Source: Nymphaea colorata (taxonomy: Eukaryota). From it: DNA of 64,000 nucleotides. Position numbers and translations under genes: made by a program. Shown piece after piece: positions 53,360 to 64,000 of the stretch. The stretch spans positions 17,980,001 through 18,044,000 of the forward strand of contig NC_045138.2 of assembly GCF_008831285.2 (NCBI RefSeq). Reading direction: 5' to 3'. The notes under the pieces were generated by a model that did no database searches, was not told where the DNA came from, and worked only from the letters and a program-made list of their open reading frames with translations. Each line of letters starts with the position of its first letter. Positions within the stretch are counted from its first letter, which is position 1.

Positions 53360-54699
53360 TTAGTGTTCCACCTTATAAATATGGAAAGTTTCCATATTTA
53401 GTTGCCAATTCTTATTGGCTTCTCGGCTGGGTAAAAACCCAAATGGTAAATCCTTGTCTTTGTTTTGACGAAAAAAAAAAACTAAGAATAGTTTTCATAG
53501 CTAACGGGAAAGAAAGTAAGAAAAATAAAAATTTATGCCTTATCATTGGCAAGCTAAAGAACCAAACGTCTTGCCCTTTTGTGTAAATCGATGAAAGCTT
53601 CAGAGCCACGATGTAAGGAGGAGAAAAGAACCAACCCTTTTCGTTGTGGCTGCGAGATTAGGTCTCCATCCCTTGTCTTGTGTAGAGGCCAATCCTTGGC
53701 TGATAAAGGGGTGGGGACACTTGATTAAGAACCTTGTTCCATAGGAAAAGGCATTCCAAAAAGTAATCTTCATGATAAAGGAAGATATTCGAGATGATGG
53801 CATATAAAATAATGGCCGATACCTCTCATGTGGTTGTGCTTTTTGCCATGCAAACCATAAAGCAAATCTTTACGTGTTCAAATAAAAATAGTTCAAAGCA
53901 TGTTCTTTGAATAAATAATGAATTCCTTTTCTTTTTCCTTTTGTTGGTAGGCAAAGGGATAACATTTGAATGACTAGGCTGATGAATCCGGGAACCGTCT
54001 CAGTTGTAGGAGTAGAAGAAACAAAGGCGCAAAGCACTAGCACCACATGGTTCACCGCGACATCTTCATAAATCTTTAAAATATTTAACATTATAATTTA
54101 TTCAATAAGAAGTTGGTGGTGCGTTACTGTATGAACATATGGTGTAAATAATAACAAAATTTTGTCATAATGCCTTTTGACATAAGTATCGATTACAGAC
54201 AATCGGAGAAAAATGCGGCCAGATGGAACACGTCGTTGATTCACATCCAGGTCTCGTCAAGTAGAGATGCATCAGAAAAATGAAAAATGAAGAGTAAAAG
54301 AGCTTATCACCTTGTTATCTCCTTACTTTATTTCTTCCGCTTTAATGATGGAAAGGTCGCCACATGACATGTTGGGAAGAAGACAAGCTTTGCTGCCGAA
54401 ACTTTTGGCCAGTTGGCCCCCGTTGCTTTCGGACAAACTCAAGAATTTATTTGATTAAATCAACAATGAGACCCACTAACAAATTTTCAGAAAATTTAGT
54501 TTCCTTTCTTAAAAGGAGTAATATTTAAATAATTTCTCCTTTTCAAAGTGATGACAATAATCAATTTCATATTAACAGGGTAAGCCTAATATTTCACCAA
54601 CATGAATATGAGAAACAGGGACACCGAAAGTATCCATGAATTGCTTACATACATCAAAATTAGATGTTATTTTTTCTCTTTTTCAGCTTGTGTACATAA

Positions 54700-57600
54700 T
54701 TACACTACCTGACTGCGCACGCGGCAGTGGAGCTCCATAATCTCCGGGTGGTTTGGGTCCAAAGAGAGCGCTGCCCTGCAGTCACGGAGCGCCCCGGAGA
54801 CGTCGCCGATGCTTTCATGGAAGTCGGCACGTAAGTGCAAGAGATGGAGATCAGCTTTGAATGCGATTGCCTTCGTCAACTCAGCAATCGCTTCCTTCTC
54901 TTCATGATTGTCCATTAACACTAAACAGAAAAGAGGGAAACGTGAGTTGACAGCAGGGCAAAGAGCCCACTAAACAAAAGAAACATTAAAATTAGTGAAC
55001 AATGTCAAGGAACAAGTTCATAATGGTGCAAGTAACGGAATGATGCTTACAGAGCAGTACTGCAATGAAATGTGCATGCACAGAAAGATAAGCAGAGGTA
55101 ACTCAACCAACAAACAAAACAAGCATTAAACTTAGTGAGCAATGTCAAAGAAGAACAAGTTCATAATGGTGCAAGTAATGCAATGATTAGCTTACAGAGC
55201 AGTACGGCAATCAAATGTGCATGTGGTACAAGCAATCAGGGAACTCAGAGCACGAGCGGGCTTTTCAACGATTAGGTCATATGCGTGACTTACTGATTTA
55301 CAAGACATTAAATAATGCAGAATTGACAAAAATCGGTTATTAAATATCTAAGCTGTTTTCTTCCTTAGAATGCCTTGATTAGTTTTGCCAGTTGCACTGA
55401 CAATCTGTATTTGGAAATACGAACACAGCAAAATATAGAAGAATTTCGAAATAAAAAGCCCAATACAACAACGAGGCAGAACTTATTTCCACCATTTAGG
55501 ATTTGGATGAGGATATGGGGATAAATCCATATTTGCAGAGTAGCAACATAGTCTCTACACAAGGGGGGATACAGGACCCAGTCAATATGGAGAGTCCATG
55601 TGGACTTCTATCTTCCATGCAAACGTAACAAGCAAAAGCTGAATGCAACAAAGCATGGAAAACAATGGCAAAAGAACATTGTCAATAATAATTTGAGGAA
55701 CATGTTTACTGGTCAGTGCTGACCGACCAACAACAATCGTCAACTTTGTGCAAACAATTAAGGCAGCATAAGAAAACAAATACTGTTCAAGATGTAACAG
55801 GCATTCCCATCTGGCATTTGAAAAACTAAAAAGACACAATTAGAATATGTCTACGTTTATCTATGCGTCTACAGGGCTAGAAAGAAATTTGAGAATGAAA
55901 TCAACATTTATCATAATCTCAGCTAGTATCCTATGAAATGACAAGTGAATTTTTCATACCAGCAGCCCTATATCTGTATGGATATACAAGCAAAGGGTCC
56001 AACTGAGTAACCATTTTCAAGTCTTCTTTCGCCAGATCACGATCACAATACTCAGACCTTTTCTCATATGCTGAAGCATTGTTCTTAGCCTTCTCAATCA
56101 ACTTCGTTATTTCCTCATATGCTGCTTCTCTGTTGTTCGTAAGGTAATGTACACGAGCAAGACCTTGGTGAGCTCGGCTATGGCGGATCTTGAGGGCGTT
56201 TATATAACAATCAGCAGCCATATCCAGCATTCCACAGTCCACGTATGCGCTGCCGAGATTGTTAAGGGCCTGATCATAGAAATCAAGAAAAGTAGAGCAT
56301 ATATCGTCAGGATATGCCAGCTCATAAAAATCTGGGTTCATATCATATCAACTAGTTACTTTCTGACAATGTGAACTGCATTGAAACAAGCACCATTAAC
56401 TCCACATCATGTACGTTAGCCATCATCCTATGGAGAAAGTGAATTTTCCAACAAAGGGGAAAAACACTATTTTCTAACCAATTTGTTGTTTTATGCCCCA
56501 ATTCACTTTTCCATCACCAAGCACGTGAAGTTCCATATGATGGATTCTCAAGAAAATGGTATCTTGAATAATCAGCCTTCCATGCTCAGGGACATGGGCA
56601 CTTCAAGATGACCAGTATACCGAACATTTAAGTACGATCCTTTTCCAAATAAGATGAAAAGACACTCAACATTTACACCCTAGGAAAGTACCATGTTTCA
56701 GCATGTGAGCAGTGCCATCAAAATTAGTTGACCAAAACCCAACTGCAAGTTGGCCGTTATTTAATCATGAAAGCATTTATTCATTAAATTACTGTTAATC
56801 CATTAACAACATCCCACAGGAAATGAAAGAGGGTCCATGAGTTGGCATTTGCAAAAAAATTTAGCGCTAGGGTGTTCCCAAATGCATCTTTGATGATGAA
56901 CATTTTGGAAGTTGGAGCTCAATTACCCAAACTTGGTGTAAGGATAGGAGTTGTTCAGCTGGCAATATACACGTTATATACATGCTTGCTATTATTAAGT
57001 AAAAAAGGAAAATATACTCATGGTTGATGATAGCGTAGCCAACATATCTTTGCTAGGATAAATATTGGTCATAGTTATCCTAGTGTCCTAGCCAGAGATA
57101 AATAAAAGTTACACTTGTTCATGTGTATGTGCATGTACTTATATTTTCACCCAACAACATAACAGATCAAATTACAAACCTGTCCTTTACGAAGCCTGTC
57201 CGAAGGGCACTTCAAAGCATCTTCAAGAAGAGATATAACTTTCATGGAATATGAAGGATCAGGACTAGAATCTGCCAAGGCATATGCCTTGAGAAAGAAT
57301 GCTTCAAATGACCTCTGAAGATTAAGTGATTCCTCTGCCTTGCGAAGTCCTTCATCACAATGCCCTGTGTCATACAAAATCCAACCCTCATAAACAAGAC
57401 GCTCAGGCTCAGTGCCTGCATGCTGACGTGCTAATTGGAGACTCCTCATAGCTGCTTCTGGACAGTTCAGTCTGATTTGGCAAAAATAAAAATTAATTCA
57501 ACAGATGCATGACAACAGGACAACACATAATAAATTCAAAATGCAAATCATTGTAACAAAGAACAGAGTCAACAGACAATGAAAATGTACCTAAGCAGAA

Positions 57601-59785
57601 GCAAAGATTGTCTGAAATATAACACCCCTTTCACGGGATCAGATTCAAGCATCTGGTATATTAGAGACAAGGAACCAATATCATCAACCGAGGACCATCG
57701 TTCATAAAGTTGCAACCAACAATCAGCCATCGTCCAAGGCCTGACATGCTCTTGAACAAGGGTGTGCAGCTGGGAAGCTGCCACACGACCCTGAAACATC
57801 CTGTATTGGGGATTCAAAGTAAGAATTGCCTGAATATCTGACAGTGCAGATCTGTAATCCTCAATCAAGAGATAGAAGCAAAACCGAAGCTCCAAGCATT
57901 CCAAGGACAATTTGAATCCAAGAACGCGATTTATTTCCGTTAATGCCGCCTGCATGTTTTCTTCTCTCATGAGAATGGCAGCTCGATACATGTAAGGGTA
58001 AACAAGAGTCGGGTCCAATTCTGTCGCTTTTTCCAGATCCTGCCACCTTTTTTCACTATCACAGTATAGAGACCGTTCCTGATACATCCACCCCAGAGGG
58101 TTATGCGAATCAATTGCTGAGCTGATCTTCTCGTATGCTGAAACTTGATCTCCCCGTTTACAAGTGACTCTAGCCAAGCCAGCAATCGAATAAAGATGCC
58201 CCGCTTGGTAAGCAGCATCAAATAGCTGCCTCGATTTGTCATATTCTTTTCTTAACAGTCGCCTGCATGCAAGCTGATGAAGTGCCAATTGTTTCTGCCT
58301 AATATCGCTTGCACACTCCACTAGTCTTTCCAGGAAGCTAATTGTAAAATCTGAAGCTGGGTGGCTGTTCATTGCAACCTCACTAAGAAAACAGAAGAGA
58401 GAAAATGAGGCATGACCAACCATAAGTGCTCTTTGATGAGCATCGACATTACAAAAGATCCTAGTAACCTGTTCATCATTCAAGCAATCTGGAAGATCAT
58501 GTAGAAACACTTGTAGACAGGAAGCAGCAGTTACTGGGGAGTTTTCATGCAAAGCATACTCCATAAGGTTAACTGCGTCCTGCCTGCTGCAAACCATAGC
58601 TGCAAGCTTCCGATCACAAACATCTTTAAGCTTTTCGCAACAAAATTTGTTTGCAAAGCTCAATATTTCAAGTATTGATTCTGCAGGCAAATCCTTCAAC
58701 TCATTGGTCTGGCAAAATTCACTTATTTCCCTCATACTCAACGGAGAGATCCCATTCTCAGATAGATCAATTTCTTCCTGTAATGATTCCGTCAAACATC
58801 CATTGAGCATCGTCCGGAAAGGAATAGATAGAGCTGCCATCTTCTGGCGATCACACTTTACCTTATCATCTCCTATCTTGAATATCACATAATCAGAAAG
58901 GCCTATAGAGTTATAATCTTGGGTCTTTATGTCTTGAGAAGCCTGAGCCCCAAAATCAAGTTGCGAAGACGCAATGTCCAAATAACCAAACTCTTGAGTA
59001 CATTTGCCACAAGAGGCAAGCAAATCGGCAATCAATTCTTCTCCTTGCTTTTCATATTTCAACCAAGCACCAAAAACCAGCCGCTCGTGTATGGTGCTGG
59101 CGTTCAGCCAAGCAGACCTGAGGCTTCGCCGAAGCAATTTCACCTCCCCAAGACCCCGAAACACATGAAACTGCAACAAGTAGAGGCTTGCCTTGTCATG
59201 GACGTCAGAATTCTCGAGCTCTTCGTGAATCTGAGCTAGGATCTCAACATAATCGAGTGGCTTAAAATGTGGAAGGATCGGTGGTTCTGCTACCTTGACG
59301 AGAGGTTCACTATGCCAACAACAACCACAAACATTAGCTTCAACCGAATGAGAAAACAGAACCCGAAAGAAGACCAAATAATGAATTACGAACTACTGAC
59401 GGCAATTGCTCATAGAACCAGTTCAAAGGGTAGAGTCCGACCACAGAACTAAAAACAATGAAGCCAAACGTTTTCTAAATTGTAGAGAAGAAAGCCCCAG
59501 CTAAGGGGAAAACTCAGAAAGAAATTGCAACGGAAAAAAAGGAAAATGGGTTCAAATGTTACTTTCTGCACTAGGAATCGACCATTTTTTACACGAATTA
59601 GATGATCACAGTACCAAAATACATATCCCTTAACATGGGCGCAGAAGCCTACCAACAGGAACAACCAGAGCGACGGGAACGCAAACCCAATATTTCAGAC
59701 AGAAGCCGCTCAAGTATGGTTATTGCTGTCAGATAGGATGCCCAGAAGAACCGAATGGACAAACGGAAGAGAGAGACAGAGAGAG

Positions 59786-59857
<72 letters not shown>

Positions 59858-59964
59858 CAGGAGTACGAAGCGAGCTTGGCAAGCTCAACCTGAAGCCATG
59901 ACTGAGGGTTAAGGGCATGCAGTTGGGTCTCCTTACACGAATCTGAAAAGAAGGGCTTTCTCAT
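54700..59964 (-). CDS. EOL1: ETO1-like protein 1, tandem copy B, ~883 aa, open frame intact but diverged
   Basis: Exons 59964-59855, 59309-57591, 57471-57180, 56269-55960, 54920-54700. 2652 nt in frame, with the same intron positions as copy A. Has a 9-nt deletion in exon 1 and an altered C-terminus (SQVV*). Confidence 0.9.
59768..59849. repeat. (AG)n microsatellite in EOL1 copy B intron 1
   Basis: ~80-bp GA run starting a few nt into the intron; ~26 bp in copy A (33378-33403). Confidence 0.9.
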
Positions 59965-61209
59965 ACCACCAAACAAGAAACCTCTTCTCTCTTCCCCAGG
60001 TCTTCAAAATCCTCCTCTCGATCCCACAGAGTTCGTCAAGAAGCACAGCAAAGCTACAACAAACCTCCCACTCTGAACCAAATATATCCAGAACCTTTGC
60101 ACCACAAAAAAAGGGAGCTCAAAACACCCACAACCCCCACCAAAGCCTTAGAAACTTTGAAGCAGACAAAGGGGGAAAATCAGAGGAAAAGAAGAAAAAT
60201 CCTCCTCTGATCTCCAAAACTATACCTCACACTCACACACTCACAGCAAGTACCAAAAGAACAAAAGAAAAGGGAAAAGAAAAAAACCCACTATTTTAAT
60301 CCCAAAATAATCCTACCCAGCAGAAAAGGATTTAAAGAAAAGGGGGAGAACACACAAACTGCAGCCACAAAAGCAACAGAACTTATACCACTGTTGGGAA
60401 ATGGAGCCACTAAACCAGAAAAACGAAAATAGGCCGCACAAAAAAGAAGAAGAAAAAGACCTTTACTCTGCTCAAACGACTCTCTTTCACAAGAGAGAGA
60501 GACTGCTAGTCAATTTTTTTTTTTCAACTACTGAGCTTTCCCAATGGTTCGCGCAGAGTGAATCAACGTGCCACCATGACTTTTTATTCCATTAAAAGAG
60601 AAGATAACAGCAATCTCTGACACCCTCACTATTGTAGGGGAAGGGAGGAAAAACCCATTTTGCATATGCCAAGGTTCAGAAAAATGTAATAGAAAAAAGA
60701 GAGCCCAACCATAAATAAGAAAGTAGTAGAACATTTCTTTCGCAGATTGTTGGCATTTAAGAGGATTGATCCGGTGGAGGCCGACCCTTCGCGGCAGTGG
60801 TGTGAGGACCATCCACCTTTTTAGTGGCGCGTATAAAGCCAGCTTGCTCTGCTCAAGATGAGGCCTTTTGGACCTCGGTCTGTCTGCCTCTGGTAACTCC
60901 CCACCATGCTTCAGTCAAATCATCGGCGCCCAGGAATCTAGAATTTGTTGTCAACTCGCTCTTTTTACAGATTGACTTGTCTTTGGTAACTGCAGTGTAT
61001 CCTTTTTAGATATGGTCTTGAGATATTTTGGCAAAAAATACAACAGAAGGAAACTGGAGTTTTGTGGTAAGCATAAGTAAACTCCACAAGATATACACGC
61101 CGGACATGTATATAGAAAAAAAAAAACAGCAAGATTTAAGCGATATTTTCTCTTTTATCATTTACTTTATTCCTTCCCTATCCTTTTCATCCATTAAAAT
61201 CCTTCCTTG

Positions 61210-61470
61210 ATCGAATTCGAACGTCATCAATGCTCAACTCGTTTAGGTTGTCCAGTTCGTTTCTTAACTCGAACTCGACTTGTTTAATGAGTCGAGTTTA
61301 AGTTAAATTTATTGAGCAAATGTCATCAATGCTGAATTCGTTTAGGTTGTCGAGTTCATTTCTTAATTCGAACTCGACTTGTTTAATGAGTCGAGTTTGT
61401 TTAATGAGTCGAGTTCAAGTCAAATTTATTGAGCAAGTTCGAGTCCAGCTCGACTCTTTAAACATGCCTA
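61210..61470. mobile_element. Fragment of an AACTCGA/TCGAGTT-rich non-autonomous DNA transposon, copy-B specific
   Basis: ~97-bp internal direct repeat, clustered ACTCGA/TCGAGT motifs, TIR-like end TTTAAACATGCCTA. Confidence 0.5.
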
Positions 61471-62299
61471 CTTCCATGTGGCGCTACAACTACCTTTGTT
61501 TTCATGGTAAACACTCCAACACTATTTGGCTTTGCTAGTAAACTTCTTTTAAAACTATGGTTGGATATCACGGTTCTTGTAATGGTTGCGAATTATTCAG
61601 CAACACAATATTGATATTGAAAAATAGTTGTCAATAAAAAATTGGGAATGAAAAAATCACTAGAAATCCTTTGGATGTTCATTTTTTTAATGAGTTGGGT
61701 GGATTGCGATTCATCGTTGTAAGTATCAGTTTCTAAGTTCATATAGAAACCTAAATGAAACGCTGCAACTAGCAATATTGACGTTTATTATTCAACAAAA
61801 ATATTTATTTAAGACCAAGTTCAAATTAGATCGAATGTCATTTCTTGGGATGACATTGACATCCCTGTGGATGCCCAATGTTATCCTTCGTTAAGTATCC
61901 ATTCCTTCCGAAGGTTGGCATAACAAACGGCTATTTAGATATTGGTTGAACAAGTATTAGACAAGGTCATGTATAACTTAGCAAACTGGCTTATCTTTGT
62001 TCTTTTTTATCGTTCTAATGCCTACCAGATAATAGTGAGGCTGAAGAAGAGGGGCGTCGGAGATTTGGTGGCTACAATTAATTATTAAATATTCATTTTT
62101 TAACTTGCGTAAATATATCTACTTTTACTTTTTTCTATATTCAAGAAAATTATTTTTTAATTAACATTAAAATTAACTTCTTTTTGGTTGTGTTTCTCTC
62201 ATTTGATTGTTTTTTGGGTGAGTTTGAAAAGTATTTCATCTTGTCATTCGGCTAAAGCCGAAGCTTCCACTCTTCTCCCATCCCTATAAAGTATTAATG

Positions 62300-62463
62300 T
62301 CCAAAAATGAATCTGATCCGAATCCGTATCTGATTCGATTGGATGCCATTCATTAAATCTGAATCCGATTCGATTTTTTAATCGATTGTTTAAATTTTTT
62401 CATATTCGATTTTTTTGGATCGGATCGGTTATCAGATTCAAATCAAATATATTGACATTCCTA
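62300..62463. mobile_element. Right half of the same MITE family
   Basis: Matches ~45790-45946 and ends ATATTGACATTCCTA. Confidence 0.65.
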
Positions 62464-63846
62464 GGTTCGGTGAATGGTGGGCTATAAGCATATTCACTTT
62501 GGTACCCTATTCTATTTTATATGGCTTAAGCCCTACTAGACCTGACCAACTATGCACTGTTCATTAATCTATAACCCTTCTCCCTATTTGTCCCCTTAAT
62601 TAGGGTTGGGCAGTTGGGCGGCTCGTGCCTCACTTTATTTTTTGGGTATGCTTTCTACTGTTTAAATGGTGTCGATGAGATACTCGACTCGATACCCTAC
62701 CTAATTTATCATAAGCAGTTATAGTTGGTAACAACGCTGGGCTATTAGTATATTCATTTGATACTACATTCAAAATATAGCATCCCCAAAACTAGACCTG
62801 ACCCACTATGTGCTGTTCCGAGGGAAGGGTGTTGATGAGTAGACATTTTTACGAAAGAGTACTAATGAGTAAATATATGTGTATGTGTGGACTTCTAAAA
62901 AAGTAAGTAAATGTCCATATTTTTTTGAGTTTTGGAGCCAACCTACCAGTTCTTCAAGAGAATGGTTTTTTTTATTTTCCGTGAGCACGTTGAAGAGATA
63001 GGAGCAGCGGTAAATTCAACTCTTTTCTAATGATAAAGACAGTAAAAAAAAACGCAGAAACAATTAACGAAGACATCGATGAGACTTGCAATATGCTCGC
63101 AAACACGTACTTCCTTTAAAAAAAAGTTGATTATAATTTTTTTAAAGAAATATTCTGAGGTTTGATTTCCCTACTTTTTTAGGGGACAAAATATTGCTGA
63201 TCGGACTTACTAAGCGAAAACTATGCATTGTTATTATGCTCATTATCATGACTTAACATAGATCGATTGGGCAGCGGCTGGTTCGAGAGCAGTTGTTGGT
63301 TTGGTGCCCACAAACATCCAATTTCTACAAACGGTAGGAAGCAGGTATATCGCCCCGGCGAGGGGTTAACCAAACTTAGGATTTATTTTCCCAACGGTGA
63401 AGGCGAAGTTTCTCGGCTTGAGTGCAGTTTTCTTATGTCACAAGAAAAAAAAGAAATTTGAAGCCAGAAAAGGAAAACCCAGTCTCAAACTCTCCTACCA
63501 ATAGGAGTAAAACCTTTACCTCAAAATAATACTTCTTCCTTTGGCATCCTCACATCATGCTAGCTAACTAGTTCTCCTAATGAGGGCAAAGCTTGAATAT
63601 GGCTCAAAAGAGCAGAGATGATCATTAAATTCTGAATTGAGATATAAATTGCAATTTCCCAATTGCAATATTGCCATACAATAAGAAGTATCGCACATAC
63701 TTCTAGAGATAGAAGTTTAGATTTTTTTTTTAATTGTCTTCAACTCATGCAAAAGTATTATGTGGAAAAATTTGGTTTTGGGTGGAAATTTTTGGCCAAG
63801 GAGCACTAATTCAAAAAGCTTTAAACCCAAAGAACAATTGAAGGCA

Positions 63847-63891
<45 letters not shown>

Positions 63892-64000
63892 TGAATAATC
63901 AATTGAGTGGCACTGACATATGAAAAAAGCAAATAGTCGGGGCAAGCCAACATATAAGTAAATGAATTTTATGGGACAGTGTGGGCACCTGCCTGCACAA

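Larger units (their letters stand above)
52248..64000. repeat. Tandem segmental duplication, copy B (runs off window end)
   Basis: Homology starts at attatgcatcc(c)tagtgcaaaagcc (52248 vs 25209). Blocks are ~52248-61150, ~61768-61850 and ~62844-64000. Confidence 0.92.

Noticed and set aside
63267..63461. 64-aa ORF in the retained distal block
   Set aside because: Non-ATG start, and the paralog at ~39901-40096 has a 1-nt frameshift.

Overview
Flowering-plant nuclear euchromatin, AT-rich and intron-rich. Left to right: (1) the 5' five exons of a minus-strand PP2C-family gene with an N-terminal hydrophobic leader (PP2C51/At3g63340-like), running off the window start. (2) A divergently transcribed, complete 20-coding-exon ACTIN-RELATED PROTEIN 4 gene (ARP4, 6441-25816, 445 aa by my exon assembly). 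Its 4.9-kb intron 4 holds a decayed Ty1/copia remnant and a truncated Ty3/gypsy remnant in opposite orientations. (3) A ~27-kb tandem duplication (copy A from ~25209, copy B from ~52248 to past the window end) giving two intact ETO1-like (EOL1, BTB-TPR) genes plus an orphan copy of the last ARP4 exon. The EOL1 copies show asymmetric changes: copy B lost RGK from the N-terminal motif, has a rebuilt C-terminus and a replaced upstream region. Long 100%-identical tracts sit next to ~5%-diverged ones, which suggests gene conversion. Intergenic DNA holds hAT-like and Tourist-like MITEs, micro/minisatellites and a possible captured spliced gene fragment. No CRISPR array, rRNA or tRNA gene was found. 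Exon boundaries were read by eye, and homologue comparisons are from memory, not database searches.
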